NCBI GenBank assembly: GCA_045580465.1
Contig: JAZNNV010000250.1
Span: 1-36,764, forward strand
Direction: 5' to 3'
DNA: 36,764 bases
DNA from: Faecousia sp.
Lineage (GTDB): Bacteria; Bacillota; Clostridia; Oscillospirales; Oscillospiraceae
Position 1 is the stretch's first letter; the number at the start of each line of letters is the position of its first letter. Of this stretch, positions 26,962 through 35,562 are shown one piece after another. The translations under genes and the position numbers were made by a program. The notes under the pieces were generated by a model, which made no database searches, was not told where the DNA came from, and saw only the letters and a list, made by a program, of their open reading frames with translations.

Positions 26962-28770
26962 TTATACCGTGGTCTTCTGTCCCGCCTTTGCCTGCTGTCC
27001 GCGGCGCTGGGCAAGCCACTGCTCCCGGGCTTCCTTTACGCTCTTTTCATAATCAGCGCGGATCTGTCGTCTTGCGGGAAGCATCTTATCGAAGCTCTTG
27101 AGTACCGCGTCATATTCACGCAGGTATTCCATATCGATAGCGATCTGACGATCCAATGCAGCGCGCTCCTGCTGCTGTCTGCGGCGCTCTTCTTCCTGAC
27201 GTTCCCGCTCCAGCTGCTCCATGCGCTCCCGCTGGATACGCTCCCGCTCTTCCTCCTCGCGTCTTCTCTTGCGCTCGAGGGCGGCAAGCTTCCGCTGCTC
27301 TGCCTGCTCGACCAGCATGGCGGCATCAGCGAAATCCTCCTGCTCGGCAAGGTATCTTGCCTGATCCTTGGCACGAGCCTCCAGCTGATCGGACTTCTTT
27401 TCCTCAAAGCGGGCGACCTCGGCGCGGAAGATACCGCTTCTGCGGCGATCCTCTGCCTCACGCAGCATCCGCTCGTGGAAGAGGCGCTGCTTTTCGGCCT
27501 CCTGCTCCTGACGGATACGTTCTTTTTCCGCTTCCCGCTCCTTGCGGATGCGTTCTTTTTCGGCGGCGCGCTCCTTGCGAAGGCGCTCTTCCTCTTCCTT
27601 TTTCTTTCTCGCCTGCTCCTCCACCAGCTTGCGGCGCTGCTCTGCCTCTTCGTGCATGAGCTGCTCCTTGGTCAGCTGCTCGATCAGGACCTTGCGGATC
27701 TCCACATCGGGAAGATCGTAATCCTCGGTCAGCTCCTCCACGATCTGGCGGATGAACTTGGGCTTGAGCGTCTTTCTGTGTTCCTTGGCTGCCACGGGGA
27801 CGACCCGGTCGGATTCGTCCTGCAGGTAGCCCTTGAGGATCATGTAGTTAAAGAGAATGTTGTGGTAAATATCCCGCTGGAAGGTCTCATTGATCTGAGG
27901 CGCCTGCTCGATGACGCGGATGGAATAGCCGATCTGGTCATAGGTGCGCAAAAACTCCAGCAGTCTTGCCACCCGGCGATAGTCCGGGTGCTTTTTCAGC
28001 ACGTTGGTCTTGACGATGTTGCCCTTGATGCGGGGCGCCTTCGCCATCTGCTTGGCAAAGGCGGAATTCATGAAGGTCGCCAGCAGTCGGTAGATGCGGG
28101 AAATACGGTTGAAGGTATCCGCATTGCGCTCATCCGCATCAATGGCGGACTCCGTTTCCTTGATGTGCAGGAACATTTCCAGATGGACCATTTCCGTAGC
28201 ACTCTGCATATCGGAATTGACCTTCAGCTTGGCGCCGAATTCGTCGCTCATGGCTTCAAACAGTGCATCGTGACGGATCTTGACGAAGCGGTATGCCATC
28301 TCCATGGTGGTGAACACCAGACGGTTTTCGTACAGCTCCTCGGAATCGTCACGGATCTTCTGCATCAGCTTGGTGGGACGGACATCGCCGGATTTCTGGT
28401 CATAGTCCTCCACATATGCCGCGTGCTGGGTCAGGTGACGCACCACGTCAGAGCCGGCGCGCTTGGCGATGGCGGCATTGACGATCAGCTCCTCCTCCCG
28501 GATCATGTTTCTGGGGTTGGAGATGATGTTCTGCATGGCAGGCAGTGCCTGCTCGATCTGGTCGACCCAGTTCAGATCCACCGCCTTTTCCAGCTTTCGG
28601 TTGGAGAACTGGAAGGTGTTGTCCGCGTTGGCGATGGCATCCATGAAATACTCATAGAACTCGGTGCTGGAAATGGCACGCAGCACGCCCCGGGTAAATT
28701 TCTGATAGATCGGGTCGATCAGCACAGCATTGCCACTATTCTTTTTTACTTTGGTCTTCTTCTCGGCCAC
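26962..28770 (-). CDS. DUF2357/McrC-N-like protein with a long E/R/K/Q-rich helical C-terminus and no recognisable nuclease domain
   Basis: LYENRLV and TNVLKKHPDYR motifs typical of DUF2357; lies directly downstream of the McrB-like gene; the C-terminal ~230 aa are a charged helix. GTG start with AAGGGGAG RBS. Confidence 0.7.
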   Translation of the reverse strand: MAEKKTKVKKNSGNAVLIDPIYQKFTRGVLRAISSTEFYEYFMDAIANADNTFQFSNRKLEKAVDLNWVDQIEQALPAMQNIISNPRNMIREEELIVNAAIAKRAGSDVVRHLTQHAAYVEDYDQKSGDVRPTKLMQKIRDDSEELYENRLVFTTMEMAYRFVKIRHDALFEAMSDEFGAKLKVNSDMQSATEMVHLEMFLHIKETESAIDADERNADTFNRISRIYRLLATFMNSAFAKQMAKAPRIKGNIVKTNVLKKHPDYRRVARLLEFLRTYDQIGYSIRVIEQAPQINETFQRDIYHNILFNYMILKGYLQDESDRVVPVAAKEHRKTLKPKFIRQIVEELTEDYDLPDVEIRKVLIEQLTKEQLMHEEAEQRRKLVEEQARKKKEEEERLRKERAAEKERIRKEREAEKERIRQEQEAEKQRLFHERMLREAEDRRRSGIFRAEVARFEEKKSDQLEARAKDQARYLAEQEDFADAAMLVEQAEQRKLAALERKRRREEEERERIQRERMEQLERERQEEERRRQQQERAALDRQIAIDMEYLREYDAVLKSFDKMLPARRQIRADYEKSVKEAREQWLAQRRGQQAKAGQKTTV

Positions 28771-28803
28771 TGTCTTTTCTCCCCTTTCCGGAATTTATAC
28801 GGA

Positions 28804-30372
28804 TCAGTTGTTCTTCTTCAGAATATCAATGTATTCCTTACTGATCTTCATTGCGTTCTTACCAAAGAGCTTGTCAAGGTAAGAATTGAATTTGGTCAGC
28901 TCATCCTTCATAAAGCCAAGGTTCAGCGATTCAAATTTTCTGAGGACCTTCTTTGCGACGATAAAGTCGATGGCCTGCTGCTCCGTACCGCCGCAAGCGA
29001 TGAAGCAAGGCACGAAATCGCCGATCTGCTTCATGATACGGTTACCGAATGCCAGGCGGAAGTTGTGGATCAGGTACATATTCAGCTCTTCCAGCTTATC
29101 CAGCATATCCGGCGAGACGGGGTACATTTCCTTTGCCTCCCGGAACAGATTGTTCAGGTGGTCGGTGGAAATGTGAACAGCCTCGGTCAGCTCACACTCA
29201 AAGGGATCGGCTCTGCTGTCAAGGTCGATGGGGATCGCACGGTCGTAGACCTTATCCGCCACAGCGAAGGTAGAGTCGTCGTTGTTGATGGTGCCGACAA
29301 ACCAGACGTTGTCGCTGATCTGCACCTTGCCGTTATGGATCAGGCAGGGGTCATTGTCCCATGTTGCCGAGACGATGTCCATAATGCGCTCTTCCTGTCT
29401 GGGCATTTCGAGGATGGACAGCATTTCCGCGAAGTAATACTCAACACGGGCGATGTTCATCTCATCAAGGATGACCATGTGGGGATCGCGGTAGTAGTTC
29501 GCCTCATAAACCGCACGCAGGAAGTCTGTTTCGGAATACTTCTTGGAGAATTCGTTGAAGTAGCCGTATAGCTCCGTACGCTCACGCCATGCCGGCTGGA
29601 CCGAAACGACGGAGGTGGGGTTCTCAATGAACTTACCGAATGCGTAGGGCAAGGACGTTTTACCGGTACCGGAAATACCCTGCAGAATGATGATACGGGC
29701 TGTACCCAGCGATGCGATGAAAAAGCGCATCATGTCGAGGTCGTAGTAAAGGCCCAGACGGGAGGCGCTGTACCGGCGGAACCGGTCGCACAGCTCGGCA
29801 AGGGTGATCTCGTTGTCGTACACAGGCGGCACATAGGACGTCTTGTAGTAGTTGTCCACCGAGGTCAAACGGAAGAAGCGGCTCTCCTGGGGATCGACGC
29901 AGGGAGAGTGGATGGTATTGCGGTTGGACGTGGGGACAAATTCTTCCTCTTCGCCCTCTTCCTTCGGCTCTTCCTGGGGCACTTCTTCGCCGCCGCTGAA
30001 CTGATCCATTTTCATGGCAAGAAGTCTGTCCTTCTCGTAATTGGCGCGGATCAGATCCCGCTTCAGCTCCTTGACCTGCTTGACCAGCTCATCATACTTC
30101 TTCGCCGGAATATAGCGGCGGAAGATCTTACGCAGAAGCTTTGCAAACAGCACGCAAAGCAGCACGATCAGCGCGATCAGCGCCAGATTGACCACCAGCA
30201 GCAAGATCCAGTCGATGGTGGTGAAGTCCTCTTCATACTGCTGGATGATCTGCATACGCATTGGGAAGTTCAGCAGATAGTTCAGGAAATTAAAGAACGC
30301 AACGATTGCCTCCAGCAGTGCCCGGAACACGCGTCCGATATCCTGATAAAAATATCTGAAAAAATTATCCAT
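28804..30372 (-). CDS. McrB-family AAA+ NTPase (likely a GTPase) with an N-terminal membrane anchor and coiled coil
   Basis: Walker A GISGTGKT, VSVQPAW, Walker B VILDEMN, ARVEYYFAEMLS, McrB signature GTINNDD (NxxD), DKVYDRA and FGNR. N-terminal hydrophobic helix WILLLVVNLALIALIVLLCVLF. Confidence 0.85.
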   Translation of the reverse strand: MDNFFRYFYQDIGRVFRALLEAIVAFFNFLNYLLNFPMRMQIIQQYEEDFTTIDWILLLVVNLALIALIVLLCVLFAKLLRKIFRRYIPAKKYDELVKQVKELKRDLIRANYEKDRLLAMKMDQFSGGEEVPQEEPKEEGEEEEFVPTSNRNTIHSPCVDPQESRFFRLTSVDNYYKTSYVPPVYDNEITLAELCDRFRRYSASRLGLYYDLDMMRFFIASLGTARIIILQGISGTGKTSLPYAFGKFIENPTSVVSVQPAWRERTELYGYFNEFSKKYSETDFLRAVYEANYYRDPHMVILDEMNIARVEYYFAEMLSILEMPRQEERIMDIVSATWDNDPCLIHNGKVQISDNVWFVGTINNDDSTFAVADKVYDRAIPIDLDSRADPFECELTEAVHISTDHLNNLFREAKEMYPVSPDMLDKLEELNMYLIHNFRLAFGNRIMKQIGDFVPCFIACGGTEQQAIDFIVAKKVLRKFESLNLGFMKDELTKFNSYLDKLFGKNAMKISKEYIDILKKNN

Positions 30373-30403
30373 ATCTGCCTCCTAATGGGGTTGCTGCAGC
30401 AGC

Positions 30404-31219
30404 TTATTCCTCGCTCTCCTGCTTGGACTCGCTCTGTTCTGCAGCCATGCTTGCCAACAGCTCCGCACGGAGCTTTTCACGGAGTTCTGCCTCCATGGCG
30501 GCACGCTCCTGCTCTTTCTCTTCCTGACGCTTCTTCTCCTGCTCAGCAAGCAGATCCTCGGTGCGGCCACGCTCCTGCTCGTACTTGATACGGTTTTTGA
30601 CGTTCTGATACTCAAACAGAACGCGGAAGAACTGCACCAGATAGTACAGGAAGAAAATGAATACGGGCACGACCACAACGATCAGGAAGCCGGTGCTGGT
30701 CTGCAGGTAGTCAAATGCCTTGCCCAGACCCGGGATCTTGATGCCGGTGTACTTACCGACAAGCTCGGATTCGTGAACGGTCAGGGGGTCAGCGCTGGGG
30801 TTGTTTTCACCCTTTGTGGCGAAGATCAGATACCCACCACCGTCGTAAATCTCGTGGATGTTATGGGTATTGAGGACACGTTCACCATTGATGACGGTCC
30901 AGTAGGTGATGATGTCTCCAACCTTCAGATCATCGGGGTTCTTGACAGATACGTCGAAGATCAGATCACCGGGATTCAGCACGGGGTACATAGATTTTGT
31001 CTGAATAGACAGCATCTGCAGTCCCAGAACGCTGGGCACGCCACTGCCAGAGGTAGAGACGTAGGATACATAGGTGGAGATCGCTGCCAGCAGGATCGCA
31101 ATGACCAGCACGGTGTTAATAACGCGGCTGAGGATCTTTTGAGCCTTGCTCTGCTGCTTGGCACTTGCTTCTTCACTAGCGTCGGTTTCTACGGGGGGTA
31201 CTGTGTTTTTCTTTTTCAT
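30404..31219 (-). CDS. sipW: Signal peptidase I, SipW/Sec11-like (S26B), copy 1
   Basis: IQTKSMYP (Ser), GDLI, GDIITY, NTHNI (His), TKGENN..D and VGKY; TM helices at both ends; charged helical tail. Confidence 0.88.
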   Translation of the reverse strand: MKKKNTVPPVETDASEEASAKQQSKAQKILSRVINTVLVIAILLAAISTYVSYVSTSGSGVPSVLGLQMLSIQTKSMYPVLNPGDLIFDVSVKNPDDLKVGDIITYWTVINGERVLNTHNIHEIYDGGGYLIFATKGENNPSADPLTVHESELVGKYTGIKIPGLGKAFDYLQTSTGFLIVVVVPVFIFFLYYLVQFFRVLFEYQNVKNRIKYEQERGRTEDLLAEQEKKRQEEKEQERAAMEAELREKLRAELLASMAAEQSESKQESEE

Positions 31220-31279
31220 TTGAAAACGCTCCCTTCGGAAAACTTCTGAGTTTATATAAAAAGATAACGGATTATCTGT

Positions 31280-32272
31280 TTATTCAACGGGAATGAGGCC
31301 GGATTGGCCATCGGATTCGGTTGCGAACTGGATGCTCGCAAGGATCTTTGCTTCCTGACCGATCACATTGGTGCAGTCTGCATCCTGACCTTCCAGCCAC
31401 ACATAGATCGTGATCTTTGCAAGCTCCTTTGGGGTCAGGGAAAACAGCTCTGCTTCGGTGGTAAATTCGCCCAAAGTCCTCACGACCACGTTCTTCTCCA
31501 CGGGATCTGCCTCCTGCCATGTGCTCATGGTCTGAACGATGAGGTTATCGGCAGGGACAAGGGTCTGGGAAAGGTCAATGCTGGAGGTATCCACATAGCC
31601 GTAAGAGCCGTCAATGTGCTGATCGCCGTTGGGCTCATAGATGTAGAATACGGCATCCTCCTGCAGCGGTTGACCGGTCAGGTCTGTTTTCTGTATTAAA
31701 AATCCGATTCGGATGGAAAGCTCTGCGCCGTTTCCTCCGTTGCGGTGCACTATTGCATCAGGGTCCCAGACAGGCTCACCGATCACAAAGGTGCCGGAGC
31801 CCTGCAGACCCTCCTCCACTTCCACCGCTGGGGAAAGGCTGACTTTCACTTTTTGGTCACATCGGGCAAACAACGTGCCCATGATGTAATAGCCATCAGC
31901 ATTGTCCTGATTGGCATGACGGGAGTCCTCAAGGGGATCCCAGATATTTGTCAGGCGGCCGTCAAGGCCGTAGGTTGCTGCGTAAAATCGTTTTTCACTG
32001 TCGGACCAAGTAACGGGACGCAGCGGCTTGTGGGGTCCGACCAGCTCCATAAAGTCCAGCTGGCGCAGCCAATTTTCTGCCAACGGGTCAGGGGAAAGCT
32101 CCAGACCGCTGGGAGTATTGACGTACAGCGCCATGTCGCTGACTTCCGGCGTTCGGCTGATGGAAAACCATGTGTAGGTTGCCACCGAGAGCAGACCCAT
32201 CAGGATCAGCACCACGTACAGATACGACGCGATGCGCACTGAGGTCTTGACAGCTTTTTCTTTGTTCTTCAC
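31280..32272 (-). CDS. SipW-processed fibre-scaffold paralogue (330 aa, the smallest member)
   Basis: GTG 32272 behind GAAAGGAGG; LLSVATYT|WFSISRTPEV; LRPVT; YGLDGRL; GSGTFVI; SIRIGF; YIYEPNG; YVWLEGQDADC; SIQF. Confidence 0.75.
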   Translation of the reverse strand: MKNKEKAVKTSVRIASYLYVVLILMGLLSVATYTWFSISRTPEVSDMALYVNTPSGLELSPDPLAENWLRQLDFMELVGPHKPLRPVTWSDSEKRFYAATYGLDGRLTNIWDPLEDSRHANQDNADGYYIMGTLFARCDQKVKVSLSPAVEVEEGLQGSGTFVIGEPVWDPDAIVHRNGGNGAELSIRIGFLIQKTDLTGQPLQEDAVFYIYEPNGDQHIDGSYGYVDTSSIDLSQTLVPADNLIVQTMSTWQEADPVEKNVVVRTLGEFTTEAELFSLTPKELAKITIYVWLEGQDADCTNVIGQEAKILASIQFATESDGQSGLIPVE

Positions 32273-32305
32273 GGCGGCCTCCTTTCGGGGGGATCGGGTT
32301 CGCGT

Positions 32306-32386
32306 CTGCCTGCCCCCTTGCACTCCTCGAGGGGGCAGGCAGGATTGCTTTTTCTCTTCACCCTGCCCCGGTTGCCCGGGGCAGGG
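32306..32386. other. Two tandem GC-rich stem-loops downstream of the putative major subunit gene
   Basis: 32306-32342 CTGCCTGCCCCCTTG/CGAGGGGGCAGGCAG (15 bp, one imperfection); 32361-32386 CCCTGCCCCGG-ttgc-CCGGGGCAGGG (perfect 11 bp). Neither has a U-tract on the coding (minus) strand. Confidence 0.75.
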
Positions 32387-32420
32387 ATTTGTCAGGGTTC
32401 AGCTCGCGTGATCAGGGAAC

Positions 32421-35400
32421 TCAGGGTGTGTTCTGGGTGATGGTGATCGCAATGTCACCAGTGACCTCTTCGCCGGGGATGGTGTAGACATAGCCCTGTA
32501 CGCCCATTGCCTGATTCAGCTCGCCGGTCAGGGTCTTGACTGCGCCGTCGCCTACCTGGTAGGTAACGGTGTAGTCATTGCTGGCCATACCGAACTGGTA
32601 GTCCTGCTCCTTGGTTGCCTTGGTCAGGTTCTGAGCCTGGACGGTCAGGCTGTCGGGCTTGGTCCAGGAAACGTTGACCTGCTCACCGTTCTTCAGAGCG
32701 GTGTTTTCCATGGGGATCAGGTTTGCGGAGCTTGCGAACTGCAGGTTCATCTTGCCGCTGGTAGAGATGCCGTTCTCGCTGTTGACGACATCAGAGTTGT
32801 CAACGTAGTTGCCGTCCAGATAAACCAGAGCGGAAACGCCGGTGATCACATTCTGGTCCAGGCCGGTCAGAGTCTGGCCGGACAGAGGATCGCCGAAGCT
32901 CAGAACGCCATTGGCGTCGATGGTGTAGTTGTGCAGATACAGAGGAGCTTCCAGCTCCACATTCTGCTCAGCAACATGGTAGTAAACGGGCAGGCTGGTA
33001 GCGTGAGCAGCCTGGATAGCAGCGGCATAGCCGGTGCCGTAGGTAGTGATGACCTGAGTGATCACACCGGTCTCAGCATCGGTAGACTCTGCACCGGCGA
33101 TCTCCTGACCCTCGTTTGCGATGATCGCAGCGGCGATGAGCTCGTAGTAAACGTTCTTGTCGTCGTTGTCATCGGTGTGAGTGGTATTCACAGCTGCGCC
33201 GCCGGTGGGAGTCCAGACGGAGGTGGTAACTGTCACTGCCTGAGCAGCGGTCAGGTTGAGGTAGTAGTCGTTATCGCCGTCGCGGTCGATATCCAGATCC
33301 TCGTAGAACAGGGGCTTGCCCTCACCGTCGGTCAGGACCTTAACGACATCCTTGGGCTCGCTGTAGGTACCTGCATCGGCTGCGTTAGCCTTGGTCAGGA
33401 CCTTCTCAGTCACGGTGTAGGTGATCATGGTCTTGACAGTCCAGCGCTCGAACTTCTGACCGTTGGCATCCTCAACGACTTCGCGAACCAGAACCTGGTA
33501 GTCGTTCATGCCGGGATCGAGGAGGATGTTGTTGGCGGAGATCAGGCCGTTGCTGTCGACAGTCAGCTTCACTTCGGTAGCAGTGGTTGCGCCCTCGGTG
33601 TAGGTGTCAGCATAGGTGTAAGTAACATTGGTGCCGGCAACGCCTTCACGTTCTTCATCGACGGAATTATCAGTTCTGTTCAGACCCTTGGTAACAGCGG
33701 TCAGATTCAGAGTGATGGGAGTCTTGTCGAAGCGAGCCTTAGCGATGCCGTAAACATCAGTGCTTTCACCGGTGGTATTGGTGAAGACAACGCGGATGCC
33801 GCTCATCATGCTGATGAGGGACTCCAGGTTGGAGAAGGCTGCGCTGAAGGTCATGGTAGAGCCCTTGCCCATGGTAGCCTCGTTGGTGCCGCCCTCGTAG
33901 ATACGCTGTGCGCCCTCGGTCTGCAGCAGCAGGTTGGAGTTAGCAGCATTGGTACGGAAGACGAAGTCCAGAACGTAGCCGTAGATGACGTCCAGAGCGG
34001 TGGTGGTGTCATTGCTGACAGCAGCGCCGAGACCGTAGACGACCGTGCGGACCTGAGTCAGCAGAGCGCCGCCTGCGGGAGCATTACTGACCAGATTGAT
34101 GTCGAAGCCCTTCAGGTTTCTGCCGGCGTAAACTGCGTTCTCACTCAGCTCGACGGTAGCGGAGATGTTACCGGTCAGCTTTGCGTAGTTGGCGATAACA
34201 CCGGAGCCTTCGCCCAGTTCCAGGTTCAGGTTGGCGATGTTCTCCAGCAGCTTCTGCTCATCCAGCTCGTCCAGGCTCATGCCGTTCAGAGTAACACCGT
34301 TGGTGTTCATCAGACCGTTCATTGCAGGAGACAGCTGTGCCCATGCAACATTGTCGGTGGGCAGCGCAGCAAGCAGGTCATTGGTTTCTTCAACCTGATC
34401 CTTGGTGCTCTTCCAGGTGTTGTAGGACTGTGCCAGTGCGGGGAAGCCGGTGTTCATTGCGCTCTGGATCGCAGTAGGAATGTTGCTCCAGATCTGCTCC
34501 ATACCGGCAGATTCGCTTTCCTTCAGGAAGGTGCGCAGGTCCTTGCCTGCGGTGACCTCAGCTTCGCCGATGGGTGCGCCGTTGTAGGTGAGGTTGGCGT
34601 TGCTGATTGCGACCAGAGAGTTGAACAGAGCCTTCTCGATCAGAGCATCCGCTGCGGTGAGCTCAGCGATCATTGCCTGCAGCTGAGGAACCATGTTCAC
34701 ATAGTTCACAGTAGTGCCGTTGGTCTTCTCGTTCTGACGCATGATCGCGATGTCAGCCAGGGCGCTGCCGTAGTTCTTAATCGCGCCGGTGACCTTGCCG
34801 TTGGCCTGGCCTCTGTAGGTGTTGATGGCGTTCAGAGCGATCTGGAAGTTCAGCTCGGTCTCGGACTGGGTGCTGGAAGTACCCAGAGCACGGACGCCGT
34901 AGCCCTTGTAGTTATTGAAGGGCAGGCCGTCGGGACCAACAACAGTGGGGTTCACCAGGAAGCCGTCACCGGTGGGATCCTTTGCGCCGTAGTTCATCTT
35001 GTTGCCGTCCAGCTCGCTGATTCTGCCATCAGCGCCGTAGACGGGGATCATCAGGGGGCTGCCGTTCAGGGTATTGGCAGTGTTGCCGTCGCCCTTGATG
35101 ATGTTCAGCTGAGAGGGCAGCAGGGTCAGCTCATTCAGAGCGTAGCTGTCGTCCTCCAGATTCAGCAGGTTACCCCAGGTATTGTTCTTCAGGATCCAAG
35201 GATCATTGGAATCGCCAACACCGGAAGTAATCAGGGAGTTGTCGCCAAAGGGGTTTGCCAGAGCGATCTCCAGGTTGCCGTTGGAACCGATGGTGGTGGT
35301 GATGCCCTGAACTTCGGGTGCCGTAGACAGGGTGAACCATGCATAGGTCGAGGAAACCATCATGATGCTGGAAACCAGCAGCATTGCGATCGCTGCGATC

Positions 35401-35444
35401 AGCTTATTCTTGATATTCAGCTGACGCTTTTGGGTTTTGTTCAT
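32421..35444 (-). CDS. Large SipW-processed protein (1007 aa); candidate major fibre subunit
   Basis: Start at ATG 35444 behind AGAAAGGA; SSIMMVSSTYA|WFTLSTAPEV (TasA/CalY-type signal); shared scaffold motifs; visibly strong codon bias (AAC, ATC, ACC, CTG, GGT/GGC). Confidence 0.8.
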   Translation of the reverse strand: MNKTQKRQLNIKNKLIAAIAMLLVSSIMMVSSTYAWFTLSTAPEVQGITTTIGSNGNLEIALANPFGDNSLITSGVGDSNDPWILKNNTWGNLLNLEDDSYALNELTLLPSQLNIIKGDGNTANTLNGSPLMIPVYGADGRISELDGNKMNYGAKDPTGDGFLVNPTVVGPDGLPFNNYKGYGVRALGTSSTQSETELNFQIALNAINTYRGQANGKVTGAIKNYGSALADIAIMRQNEKTNGTTVNYVNMVPQLQAMIAELTAADALIEKALFNSLVAISNANLTYNGAPIGEAEVTAGKDLRTFLKESESAGMEQIWSNIPTAIQSAMNTGFPALAQSYNTWKSTKDQVEETNDLLAALPTDNVAWAQLSPAMNGLMNTNGVTLNGMSLDELDEQKLLENIANLNLELGEGSGVIANYAKLTGNISATVELSENAVYAGRNLKGFDINLVSNAPAGGALLTQVRTVVYGLGAAVSNDTTTALDVIYGYVLDFVFRTNAANSNLLLQTEGAQRIYEGGTNEATMGKGSTMTFSAAFSNLESLISMMSGIRVVFTNTTGESTDVYGIAKARFDKTPITLNLTAVTKGLNRTDNSVDEEREGVAGTNVTYTYADTYTEGATTATEVKLTVDSNGLISANNILLDPGMNDYQVLVREVVEDANGQKFERWTVKTMITYTVTEKVLTKANAADAGTYSEPKDVVKVLTDGEGKPLFYEDLDIDRDGDNDYYLNLTAAQAVTVTTSVWTPTGGAAVNTTHTDDNDDKNVYYELIAAAIIANEGQEIAGAESTDAETGVITQVITTYGTGYAAAIQAAHATSLPVYYHVAEQNVELEAPLYLHNYTIDANGVLSFGDPLSGQTLTGLDQNVITGVSALVYLDGNYVDNSDVVNSENGISTSGKMNLQFASSANLIPMENTALKNGEQVNVSWTKPDSLTVQAQNLTKATKEQDYQFGMASNDYTVTYQVGDGAVKTLTGELNQAMGVQGYVYTIPGEEVTGDIAITITQNTP

Positions 35445-35562
35445 CTTACATTTCATCCTTTCTGTAAGTTTGCGTGTTTCTGTTCCCGTCGGAACTATGT
35501 TTTCTTCGCTTATGCCGTGGAGTGCTTGCGGCTCGCGAAGGAACATTTGGTTGTTGATTGGT

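Noticed and set aside
26962-30372. Canonical McrBC type IV restriction system
   Set aside because: The GTPase has no DNA-binding N-domain, the partner has no evident PD-(D/E)xK domain, and there is no defence-island context. It is kept only as an alternative pending a profile search.
30382-30678. 98-aa alternative-frame minus-strand ORF and other short nested ORFs
   Set aside because: They are nested in confident genes, lack an RBS and have implausible composition.
32306-32386. Intrinsic terminators for the major subunit gene
   Set aside because: No U-tract follows either stem on the coding strand, and the next gene's RBS follows closely, so they are reported as stem-loops only.
20734-35284. 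22-bp identical sequence as a recombination, inversion or DGR repeat
   Set aside because: It encodes the conserved NGNLEIA peptide in two paralogues in direct orientation, and no recombinase or reverse transcriptase is present.
15642-35444. Type IV pilins or sortase-assembled pilins
   Set aside because: There is no class III G|F-x3-E signal, the cleavage motif follows the hydrophobic stretch, and the window has no LPxTG, YPKN, sortase, PilB or PilC.
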